Origin: Pirellulaceae bacterium
Lineage (GTDB): Bacteria > Planctomycetota > Planctomycetia > Pirellulales > Pirellulaceae
Assembly (NCBI GenBank): GCA_040901775.1
Contig: JBBDYF010000260.1
Location: 9,122-73,121, forward strand
Length of the DNA stretch: 64,000 bases
Direction: 5' to 3'
This document shows, in pieces, positions 7,858 through 16,048 of this stretch (position 1 is the first letter of the stretch; the number at the start of each line of letters is the position of its first letter). The translations under genes and the position numbers were made by a program. The notes beneath the pieces are model-generated. The model was given only the letters and a program-made list of their open reading frames with translations. It had not been told where the DNA came from and did no database searches.

Positions 7858-10230
7858 GTGCGCGCCTGGGTCGTGCTATTAGCGGTTGCCCTGCTGAGCG
7901 GGTGCTCGCGCGCGCACTACCGTAACTGGGCCGACAACGACACCTATCCGATCCTGGCCGAGCGGATCGTCTATCCCACCTACGACATCGGCCGGACCCG
8001 GCTCGAGCCGGCGCCCGAGTCGCGCCTGGCCGATCCGTTCAGCCCCGACTGCCCCCCCAAGCCGCCGGACGATCCCGCGGCTGCCCTGTTCATGGAGCGA
8101 CCCGGCGGAATGCCGGGGGCTAAGCACTGGGAGGAGAACGGCGTCACCGACCAGATCGAGCCCGCCGGCTGGGAGATCGTGCTCGAACCCGACGCCGCCG
8201 GCACGATCCGCCTCGATCAGAACAAAGCGGTCGAGGTAGCGCTGCTCAACAGCCGCGAGTATCAAACGGCGCTCGAAAACGTCTATCTCGTCGCCCTGTT
8301 CCTGACGCTGAACCGGTTCGAGTTCGACCTGCAATGGTTTTTGACCAATCGAACCGACTTTACCCATTTTGGCTCCGGCCCGAACGAAACGAACACGCTC
8401 ACCTCGAACAGCAACCTCGGTTTCACCCGCAATTTCGCGGCGGGAGGACAACTGCTGGTCGATTTTGCCAACTCGTTCGTCGTTGAGTTCACGGGAGGCC
8501 AACAGCGCTGGCGATCGAACTTGCTGGTCAACTTAGTGCAGCCCCTCTTGCGCGGCGCGGGTCGCCAGGTGCGGCTGGAAAGCCTGACGCAGGCCGAGCG
8601 AGACGTGCTTTACTCGGTGCGCGATTTCGCCCGCTTTCGCAAGCGCTTTTGGGCCGACGTGGCAATCGACAACGGCGGCTATCTCGATTTGCTGCTCGCC
8701 CTGCAAACGGTGCGCAACAACCAGGGGAACTACAAGCGGCAGGAAGAAACGTACCGCCTGTACAACGAGCTGTTCCTCGGCGGACGGGCGTCGGCGGTCG
8801 AGCTCGATCAGTTCTTCCTCAGCTTGCAGGCGGCCCGGCTCGACGTGATTCAGTCGGAAACGGGGCTGCAAAACGCCCTCGATGCCTTCAAGCTGCGGAT
8901 CGGAATTCCGCCGCGGGTGCCGATCGAGCTCGACGATGCGCTGCTCGACGAGTTCATCCTGGTCGATCCGCAACTCGAACAGATGCGCGACGAGTTGGAA
9001 GCCTTTCAGCGGGCCCGGCTGGCCGAGCTCGACGCGCCGCCGACCGTGGAGCAGCTTCACGAATACTTTCAAACGACGCGCAGCTTTGCCGAGCGAGCCC
9101 CCGCCGCCTTGCAGATGGCCGAGGCCGACCTGGCGCGGTGGGGTGAGAGGATCGAGCGGGCAACGTCCGCGGCGACCGATGCCGACGCCCTCGATCGTTC
9201 GCGCCGCACCTACGAGAACCTGCGCTCGCAAGTTCCGGGAATCGCACGGGACATGGCCGACGCGCTGCTGGCGATCGACCGCCACGCGCGGGAAGTGACC
9301 GAAGCGACCCGCCAGGCCGACTGGGAAACGCTGACCACCGACATCAAGCTGGTGCTGGCCGGGCTCGACACCATCGTCGCGGTGCAGACGCAGGCCAAGA
9401 TTCACCTGATCGAGCTCCCCGCGGTCGATATTTCGGTCGAAGACGCCCTGACCGAGGCGAAAGAGAACCGGCTGGATTTGCAGAACGAACTGGGAAGAGT
9501 GACCGACGCCTGGCGGAAAGTAACCGTGGCGGCCAACGCCTTGCAGGCCGATCTCGACGTGGTCGCCCGCGCCAACCTGGGAACCGATCCCGATCGCCTG
9601 AATCCGCTGACGTTTGCCGCCGAGGCGAGCAGCTATACCCTGGGGTTGGAGTTCGACGGTCCCTTGAACCGCGTGGCCGAGCGGAACGTTTATCGGGCCA
9701 GCCTGATTAACTTCCAGCGCGCCCGCCGCAGCTTCATGGGCCTTTCCGACCGGATCGAGTTCGACGTTCGCCGCGACTTGCGGCAACTGGGGCAGTTGCG
9801 GGTTGGATTCGAGATTTCGCGTCAGCAATTGTTGTCGGCGGCCCGTCAATTCGAGAACGCCCGGATCATCTTGCTGGGCCCGCGCGACCGGCGGTCGGCC
9901 AACGACACCACGACGCTCAACTTGTTGCAGGCCCTCCGCGACCTGGTCAACGCCCGCAATGCCCTGGCGGCCAACTATATCAATTACGAACAGCAGCGAG
10001 TACAACTGTTACTGGACCTGGAAACACTCCAACTCGATCCACGAGGGTTCCCTCTCCATGACTCTCTCCACCAAGACGGCGGTCCCCCCGCCGCATCGGA
10101 CGGCACTGGCGAACAGCCCGGTGCTGCCGAAGAAATCCCCCCTGGCCAGCCCCGAAGCGGAATCCCACCCGTCGAGCTCGCCCCGTTTGAATTCAACCCA
10201 GCGGGAGCCGGTCCCCTCCCTCCCCCCTGA
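7858..10230 (+). CDS. TolC-like outer membrane efflux factor, lipoprotein, with long N-terminal extension (GTG start)
   Basis: GTG start 6 nt after GAGGAGG; lipobox LLSGCS; OEP-family repeats (ALLNSREYQTALENVYL..., two long coiled-coil halves); low-complexity Pro/Gly C-tail. Confidence 0.8.
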   Translation: MRAWVVLLAVALLSGCSRAHYRNWADNDTYPILAERIVYPTYDIGRTRLEPAPESRLADPFSPDCPPKPPDDPAAALFMERPGGMPGAKHWEENGVTDQIEPAGWEIVLEPDAAGTIRLDQNKAVEVALLNSREYQTALENVYLVALFLTLNRFEFDLQWFLTNRTDFTHFGSGPNETNTLTSNSNLGFTRNFAAGGQLLVDFANSFVVEFTGGQQRWRSNLLVNLVQPLLRGAGRQVRLESLTQAERDVLYSVRDFARFRKRFWADVAIDNGGYLDLLLALQTVRNNQGNYKRQEETYRLYNELFLGGRASAVELDQFFLSLQAARLDVIQSETGLQNALDAFKLRIGIPPRVPIELDDALLDEFILVDPQLEQMRDELEAFQRARLAELDAPPTVEQLHEYFQTTRSFAERAPAALQMAEADLARWGERIERATSAATDADALDRSRRTYENLRSQVPGIARDMADALLAIDRHAREVTEATRQADWETLTTDIKLVLAGLDTIVAVQTQAKIHLIELPAVDISVEDALTEAKENRLDLQNELGRVTDAWRKVTVAANALQADLDVVARANLGTDPDRLNPLTFAAEASSYTLGLEFDGPLNRVAERNVYRASLINFQRARRSFMGLSDRIEFDVRRDLRQLGQLRVGFEISRQQLLSAARQFENARIILLGPRDRRSANDTTTLNLLQALRDLVNARNALAANYINYEQQRVQLLLDLETLQLDPRGFPLHDSLHQDGGPPAASDGTGEQPGAAEEIPPGQPRSGIPPVELAPFEFNPAGAGPLPPP

Positions 10231-10231
10231 G

Positions 10232-11800
10232 GTGCGCCCGAGCTGGCTCCGCCGCGGCCTGTGGCTGCTGCTGATTGCCGGTGTTTTGGCGGGCGGCGGT
10301 TGGGGCGTGCGGCAGTGGAAGCTGGCGGGGTCGGAAACCGACAACGTGCTAACCGGCGTCGCCCTGCGGGGCGACCTGGTGCTGAGCGTGACCGACCGGG
10401 GCGAGTTGGAAAGCGCGCAGTCGGTGCAGGTCGTCTGCGAGATCGAGGGGGGCGGCAAACTGGTGACGATCGTCCCCGAAGGGACGCGCGTGAAAAAAGG
10501 GGCAGAGGTCGCCCGCTTCGATACCGACGCCCACTTGCGCGCGATCAGCGAGCAAGAGGTGAAATGGCAAACCGCCGTGGGGCGGGTGAAAACGGCCGAG
10601 AGCGATCTCGAAGTCCAGAAGAACAAGGCGGAAAGCGAAGTCGCCAAGGCCGAGCTCGCCCTGACCCTGGCCAAGATCGACTTCGAGTCGTACGAGGAAG
10701 GCGAATACCAGGTCGAACTCGACAAGCGCAAGGGAACGCTCGAACTGGGCAAGAAGGAACTGAAAGAAGCCGAGGACAACCTGGAGTTCACCCGCGGCCT
10801 GGTGAAGAAGGGCTTCGCGCAGCTCGAACAGATTCGCGTCATGGAGCTGAACGCCCTGAGCAAGCGATACACCGTCAGCCAGCAGGATGCCGACCTGCGG
10901 GTGCTGCAAAAATTCACCAGGCTCCGCAAGGTGACCGAGTTGGAGGCCAAGGCCAAAGAGGCCAAAAGCGAACTCGAGCGGACGGGAAAGAGCCAGGCCG
11001 CGGCGACCGATAAAACGCAAAACGACCTGACCAACGCTCAAAAGACCACCGAACTGGAAAAGAAGGAGTTGGAACGGCTGCAAGCGCAGCTCGAAAAGTG
11101 CATCGTCAAAGCGCCGCAAGACGGAATCGTCATCTACTTCAGCCGGCCGTGGGACCAAGAATCGCAGATTCGCGCCGGCGCGCAGCTCTATTCGCAGCAG
11201 CTGATTTTTACGCTGCCCGACCTGGACAACATGCAGGTCAAAATGAAGGTGCACGAATCGGTCGTGAAGAAGGTTCGGCAAAAGCAGTCGGCCACGATGC
11301 AGATCGACGCTCTGCCGAACCAAACCTTGCACGGCCAGGTGAAGACGATCGCCTCGGTCGCGCAGAACGACGGCTGGCGCGGCGGCGGCGTGAAGGAGTA
11401 TCAGACCGAAGTTTCGATCGACGATTTGCCTACAGACGCCGGCCTGCGGCCCGGCATGACCGCCGAGGTGACGATCCACCTGCGGACGATCGAAAACGCC
11501 CTGACGGTGCCGGTGCAAGCGGTGACCGAGCTCGACGGCGAATACGTGGCCTACGTCGTCGGCCCGGCGGGGATCGAGCGGCGCACGTTGAAAGTCGGAG
11601 ACAGCAACGAGCAGCTCATCGAGGTGCTGGCGGGGCTGGCCGAAAACGACCGCGTGGCGCTCGACGCCCGCAGCCGGGCCTCCCTGGATCTCAAGCGGAG
11701 CAACGAATCGCAATCGCCCGATAAGAAAGAGCCCGATAAAAACGAGCCGCCCAAAGCGGACGAGGGGGCCGAACCAGCCGCGGTCGTCGCCCAAAAGTAG
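10232..11800 (+). CDS. HlyD-family periplasmic adaptor (membrane fusion protein); start ambiguous (GTG 10232 directly after the outer membrane factor stop, or ATG 10058 overlapping it)
   Basis: N-terminal TM GLWLLLIAGVLAGGGWGV, beta-barrel/lipoyl motifs (VVCEIEGGGKLVTIVPEGTRVKKGAEVARFD), long coiled coil, C-terminal ...GMTAEVTI... Confidence 0.75.
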   Translation: MRPSWLRRGLWLLLIAGVLAGGGWGVRQWKLAGSETDNVLTGVALRGDLVLSVTDRGELESAQSVQVVCEIEGGGKLVTIVPEGTRVKKGAEVARFDTDAHLRAISEQEVKWQTAVGRVKTAESDLEVQKNKAESEVAKAELALTLAKIDFESYEEGEYQVELDKRKGTLELGKKELKEAEDNLEFTRGLVKKGFAQLEQIRVMELNALSKRYTVSQQDADLRVLQKFTRLRKVTELEAKAKEAKSELERTGKSQAAATDKTQNDLTNAQKTTELEKKELERLQAQLEKCIVKAPQDGIVIYFSRPWDQESQIRAGAQLYSQQLIFTLPDLDNMQVKMKVHESVVKKVRQKQSATMQIDALPNQTLHGQVKTIASVAQNDGWRGGGVKEYQTEVSIDDLPTDAGLRPGMTAEVTIHLRTIENALTVPVQAVTELDGEYVAYVVGPAGIERRTLKVGDSNEQLIEVLAGLAENDRVALDARSRASLDLKRSNESQSPDKKEPDKNEPPKADEGAEPAAVVAQK

Positions 11801-11903
11801 TTCTTGTGACACTTCGTGCTTTTTGTGGCCACATCCGGCCGTAGCCTTCGATTCGTGGGATTCGTTGGATTCGTGGTTGTTTCCTTGGTTCCGCCTGCGA
11901 TCC

Positions 11904-13193
11904 ATGCCCGCCCTGATTTCCGACCGTCTTGCCGACACTATTCGCCTGGGGATTCGCAGCCTGGGGGCGCATCGCCTGCGCTCGCTGTTGACCGCGCTGG
12001 GCATCGTGCTGGGGGTGGCCTCGGTCATCGTCATGCTGGCGGTGGGCGAGGCGGCCCGCTACCAGGTTCTTAAGCAACTGGAAGACCTGGGGGCCAAGAC
12101 GATCCTGCTGCGCAGCACCAAGCCGGTGGACGAACCCTCTCAACAGGTAGGGATGGACCTGTTGTCGTTTGGCCTGACCTACCCCGACTTGCGGCGCATC
12201 CAAGCGACGATTCCCACGGTCGTCGGCGCCACGCCGATGCGCGAGTATCGCAAAACGGTTCGCTACCAGGATCGCAAGCTGGAGGCCCGTGTCGTCAGCA
12301 TCACTCCCGATTTTCTGGAGCAGAACAACATTCGCCTGGCGGTCGGTCGCGGCATCGACGCCCTCGACGAACAGCGGTACGACAACGTGGTCATTTTGGG
12401 CGCCGCCACCGCCGAGGAGCTGTTTCCCACGCAGCAGCCGGTGGGACGGACCATTACGATCGAAAACATCGACCGTCCGCGGGCCTTCAACGTGATCGGC
12501 GTGACCGAGCCCAAGACCCTGGCCGTCGGCAGCGATAGCGGCAACGTCGATTACAGCCGCGTCGTGTTCATTCCCTTCAATACCGACCGCGTCCGCTTCG
12601 GCCGCGAGCTGATCACGATGACGGCGGGCTCGTACCAGGTCGAACGGCTCGACATCAGCCAGATCATCGTTTCGGTCGATACGCTGGAAAACGTCCCCAA
12701 AACGGCGGCCGTCATTCAGTCGCTGATCGACCAGTTTCACCCACGCAAAGACGTGGCCATGACGGTGCCGCTCGATCTGTTGGAACAGGCCGAGCAGACG
12801 CAGCGGCTGTTTACGCTCATCCTGGGCGCGATTGCCGGCATCTCGCTGGTCGTGGGGGGGATCGGCATTATGAACATCATGCTGGCCACGGTGACCGAGC
12901 GAACCCGCGAGATCGGCATCCGCCGGGCGCTGGGGGCCAAGCGGAGCGACATTGCGATGCAGTTTTTGATCGAAACGCTGATCCTGTCGTGCGGCGGCGG
13001 CCTATTGGGAATCGTCGTGGGGGTCGGCCTGTCGTACATCGTGGCCCACCTGCTGGGCCTGCCGGCGATCGTTTCGCTCTGGTCGCCGCTGGTGGCGTTC
13101 GTGGTGTCGGTCGTCGTGGGGCTCGCTTCCGGGATGTACCCTGCCCGCCGAGCCGCCGGGCTCGACCCGATCGCGGCTTTGCGGCACGAGTGA
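11904..13193 (+). CDS. FtsX/MacB-like ABC-transporter permease (no ATPase domain and none adjacent)
   Basis: N-terminal TM after MPALISDRL..., large periplasmic domain, C-terminal 3-TM FtsX region (TERTREIGIRRALGAKRSDIAMQFLIE...); third gene of the outer membrane factor / adaptor / permease operon. Confidence 0.8.
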   Translation: MPALISDRLADTIRLGIRSLGAHRLRSLLTALGIVLGVASVIVMLAVGEAARYQVLKQLEDLGAKTILLRSTKPVDEPSQQVGMDLLSFGLTYPDLRRIQATIPTVVGATPMREYRKTVRYQDRKLEARVVSITPDFLEQNNIRLAVGRGIDALDEQRYDNVVILGAATAEELFPTQQPVGRTITIENIDRPRAFNVIGVTEPKTLAVGSDSGNVDYSRVVFIPFNTDRVRFGRELITMTAGSYQVERLDISQIIVSVDTLENVPKTAAVIQSLIDQFHPRKDVAMTVPLDLLEQAEQTQRLFTLILGAIAGISLVVGGIGIMNIMLATVTERTREIGIRRALGAKRSDIAMQFLIETLILSCGGGLLGIVVGVGLSYIVAHLLGLPAIVSLWSPLVAFVVSVVVGLASGMYPARRAAGLDPIAALRHE

Positions 13194-13283
13194 CACCCGC
13201 CGCACGAAACGCTAAGGGGAAATACGCCCGGGCTGGCGGACCACGCTTTGGACCGTGCGTGAGTTGCTGGAGAAAGTTAGTGG

Positions 13284-13898
13284 TTAGCTAGCCCTTGCTA
13301 CCTCGCCACCGATGACGCCCACCGCATCGCGTTGTCCTTGGAACTGGCTAGGGTTGCGATTTGGACACCCCTTCACTTCCTCAACTATCAACTGCGCAAT
13401 GTACATGTCCGGCCGGAGAATGATGCTCGCTGGGCCGAGATTTATCATTTCCAGCGTCAAGGTGCCTTCAAAGTCGGGATGCACGGTCGGTGCAGTGAAG
13501 TGGACCAGCATTCCTAGGCGTGCAAAACTGCTTTTGCCCTCGATGCGGGCCGCTAGGCAGGCCTCGCAGTTGGCGGTTATCGGCAACTCAATCCATTCTA
13601 ACGTCTTGCCGAGTACGAACCGGCCTGGCTCTAAGATGAATGGCTGGTCCGCTGTCAGCTTCAGGGTTTGGGAATGGGCCTTAATTAACTGGGCCAAATT
13701 CCCGGCTTGCACCATGTCGTAACTGAACTTGCCCGTCGTGGGGATGACAATTTCAGGCGATAGACGCAAGTCCACAGAGTGAGTGTTGTACGGACAGTGA
13801 CCGCCAGCTACGCCCATCGTTCGGGGCGATGGCTCTGGCTTAATAATCAGCCGCTTTTTGTCAATCGCGTCGTGAATTTCGACATTCGACAGAATCAT
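13284..13898 (-). CDS. dcd: dCTP deaminase (Dcd, dUTPase-fold), in a low-GC islet
   Basis: Full-length alignment to canonical Dcd: MILSNVEIHDAIDKKRLIIKP (E. coli [21 protein letters not shown]), GKSSFARLGMLVHFTAPTVHPDFEGTLTLEMIN (E. coli [31 protein letters not shown]) including the catalytic Glu; AT-rich codon usage (tta, ata, aaa) unlike its neighbours. Confidence 0.85.
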   Translation of the reverse strand: MILSNVEIHDAIDKKRLIIKPEPSPRTMGVAGGHCPYNTHSVDLRLSPEIVIPTTGKFSYDMVQAGNLAQLIKAHSQTLKLTADQPFILEPGRFVLGKTLEWIELPITANCEACLAARIEGKSSFARLGMLVHFTAPTVHPDFEGTLTLEMINLGPASIILRPDMYIAQLIVEEVKGCPNRNPSQFQGQRDAVGVIGGEVARAS

Positions 13899-13905
13899 TT
13901 TCTGT

Positions 13906-14211
13906 TTACGCTTCTTGCCAAGCCGGAGCATCCTCTAGCTCTTCGCTGCGCACGGTTATGGTCTGACCGTTCGCAAGCGTTTGACTAGGCAGACGAATTA
14001 GAACTAACTCGCCGTCCTTAGCAAGTTCGGTAACGCGCAAGAGAACGGGTACGCTGCTCTCTTCATGAGGCGCTTGTTCGGTTTCAACAAACTGGCGATT
14101 AGCAAACAGCGAAAACTCCTCCCCCGAGTGATCCTTGCCCGCGATTACAACTTCGTCAGCGAACTGTCCAGGCGTGGCTTCGCATCGCAGATAGGAAAGC
14201 TTAGCCGTCAT
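13906..14211 (-). CDS. Small hypothetical protein (~101 aa) immediately upstream of dcd in the same operon; function unknown
   Basis: ATG at 14211 preceded by GGAG; 7-bp gap to the dcd start; same low-GC composition; MTAKLSYLRCEATPGQF...GELVLIRLPSQTLANGQTITVRSEELEDAPAWQEA; I recognise no family. Confidence 0.5.
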   Translation of the reverse strand: MTAKLSYLRCEATPGQFADEVVIAGKDHSGEEFSLFANRQFVETEQAPHEESSVPVLLRVTELAKDGELVLIRLPSQTLANGQTITVRSEELEDAPAWQEA

Positions 14212-14279
14212 TGGAAGACTCCAATCCATAGTGAGTGGGCAACCGAACAAGCCCCTCACTAGACGTGTGGGGCTGCCGC

Positions 14280-14322
14280 GTCAAGTGCTAGCGAAAGTTT
14301 CCAGGTGGAAACTGCTCTTGAC
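14280..14322. promoter_or_regulatory. Nested palindrome (candidate operator) upstream of the small-ORF/dcd operon
   Basis: gtcaag-tgctagcgaa-AGTTTCC-aggt-GGAAACT-gctc-cttgac: inner 7-bp perfect inverted repeat with 4-nt spacer nested in an outer 6-bp inverted repeat; on the minus strand it sits just upstream of a TTGACG-17-TAGTGA promoter-like element. Confidence 0.5.
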
Positions 14323-14622
14323 TTTTCAGTGAACATTTTATCCTAATCGACGATGCAGGGCCAATTCTATCGCTAATGTGGCCTGAACTGCAAAAGGACA
14401 GTTTGTTATCGCCCAAACTTTCCCTTGCCGGGGCTTTTCATGCGCCCCTACGCCCAGCTCGACCTGGGCCGCGCGAACGTGACGCCACCCGCTTCCCGCC
14501 GGAACCCCGCCGTCCTCAATCCCGAATGACGTGGGTGCGCACTTGCCCTTGAACCATCGTCGCCTTGTAGCCCGCCTCTTGGACCGCTACCAGCACCTCC
14601 GCCGTCCGCATCCGGTGGCTCG

Positions 14623-15492
14623 CTACCCCTTCGTCACGCCGTGCTTCTCGAACCAGGCGATCAGGCGCTTCCAGCCGTCGTCGGCGTGCTCTTTGCGATA
14701 GGTGGGGCGGTAGTCGGCATGAAAGCCGTGGGGCGTATCGGGATAGAGCACGATCTCGGATTTTTGCTTGGCATCTTTCAGGGCTGCTTGCATCTTCTCG
14801 ACGGTTTCGTTGGGGATGCCCATGTCGGCCCCGCCGTACAGACCCAGGACCGGCGCTTTCAGTTCGCCCGCCAGTTCGAGAGGATGCTTGGGATGCAGCT
14901 CGTCGGCTTCGCCCACCAGCCGGCCGTACCAAGCGACTCCCGCCTTCAGGTCGGGGTTGTGGGCGGCATACAACCAAACGATCCGGCCCCCCCAGCAAAA
15001 GCCGGTGATCGCCAGCTTTTCGGTGTTTCCCTTGCCCGACTTTTTCGCCCAGGCGACCGTCGCATCCAGATCGGCCATCACCTGGTCGTCGGGCACTTTC
15101 GACACGACATCCGCAATGATCTTGGGGATGTCGGTCATTTGGGAAACGTCTCCCTGGCGGGCGTACAATTCGGGCGCGACCGCCAGGTAGCCGAGCTTCG
15201 CCAGCCGGCGGCAGATGTCTTTGATATGCTCGTGAACGCCAAAAATCTCTTGCACGACGAGGACCACGGGAAACGGCCCGTCCCCCTGCGGCATGGCCCG
15301 ATAGGCGGGCATCTCGCCCAGCGAGACGGGAATTTTAACTTCCCCCGCTTCCAGGCCGGCCGCATCGGTGGCGATCGTTTCGGCCGAGACGGGGCGCACC
15401 GCCAGGGCAAAGCCCGAGGCGAGCGTCGTCACAACAAAGCCGCGGCGGGTCCAATCGATCTTCGGCAACAGGCTCAATAGGTCTTCGTGCAT
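14623..15492 (-). CDS. Dienelactone hydrolase family protein with Tat signal
   Basis: Twin-arginine motif [17 protein letters not shown]; DLH-fold motifs GFCWGG (nucleophile elbow), ...YPDTPHGF... Confidence 0.8.
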   Translation of the reverse strand: MHEDLLSLLPKIDWTRRGFVVTTLASGFALAVRPVSAETIATDAAGLEAGEVKIPVSLGEMPAYRAMPQGDGPFPVVLVVQEIFGVHEHIKDICRRLAKLGYLAVAPELYARQGDVSQMTDIPKIIADVVSKVPDDQVMADLDATVAWAKKSGKGNTEKLAITGFCWGGRIVWLYAAHNPDLKAGVAWYGRLVGEADELHPKHPLELAGELKAPVLGLYGGADMGIPNETVEKMQAALKDAKQKSEIVLYPDTPHGFHADYRPTYRKEHADDGWKRLIAWFEKHGVTKG

Positions 15493-15620
15493 GGCGGACG
15501 CCCCTTCTTATGAGAATGCATGACAAAAAAGCGATGCGTAGGTTCCCGTGGCCGATTCTAGCTGCCGCGGGGAGCGGTTCACAATCGGCGGGCCTTCGCC
15601 AAAGAAGGTTCAGTGAACGT

Positions 15621-15649
15621 ATTGACACGGCCGACCGCGTGGCGTATAA
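15621..15649 (+). promoter_or_regulatory. Perfect consensus sigma70-type promoter (TTGACA-17 nt-TATAAT) driving a ~390-nt leader ahead of the yyaL-like gene
   Basis: ttgaca at 15621-15626, 17-nt spacer cggccgaccgcgtggcg, tataat at 15644-15649. Confidence 0.6.
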
Positions 15650-16048
15650 TTGCGTCCACGTGCAGGTTCCGACCGCCGGGCGGGACTTTGGGGGCGCGGC
15701 AATTCAGGCCGTGCTCGCCGCCGAGTCGCAAGGGGAATTTCAGACTGGCGCTTTGCAGGCTTAGGATCAGCCGAATTGGTGTTGTCGTGCTGCAACGCGG
15801 GAAGCGAATTCCCTAAAGTCCCTAATGCGATCAGCGTTTGGCGAATCGTTAATCGTGATGCAAGTGCCGCAGTGTCAAGGAGTTCCAAACTGATTAGCAA
15901 AACGGGCGCGGAAAAAAAAATGGCAGCGATCAGTGAAACGATGCTTTCCCTGCGCGGACTCGCCGGCGCGAGCGGCCCGCGTTTCGCCACCCCGCGTCCT
16001 GCTAGAATAGAGTCCTTGCCCCGCCGCTCCTTCCGTGGTGCTCCACCC

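Noticed and set aside
8533-10005. 490-aa minus-strand ORF
   Set aside because: Antisense to the TolC-like gene.
9803-11800. Full 665-aa version of the adaptor ORF beginning MDSRFRV...
   Set aside because: The first ~85 codons lie inside the outer membrane factor gene in another frame and look like noise; trimmed to GTG 10232 (alternative ATG 10058).
10349-12034. 561-aa minus-strand ORF
   Set aside because: Antisense to the HlyD and permease genes; low-complexity translation.
13906-14259. Longer 117-aa version of the small ORF upstream of dcd (GTG at 14259)
   Set aside because: The GTG and first ATG lack an SD; the ATG at 14211 has GGAG at -13 to -10, so the shorter form is preferred. Either way the gene content is the same.
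15656-16048. Known structured RNA (RNase P RNA, tmRNA, SRP RNA, 6S RNA) in the long leader after the consensus promoter
   Set aside because: Looked for the hallmark motifs (RNase P GGAAAGUCCGG, tmRNA tag ORF / 3' tRNA-like end, SRP GGUGCUGUUU-like helix) and found none; left as an unclassified leader.
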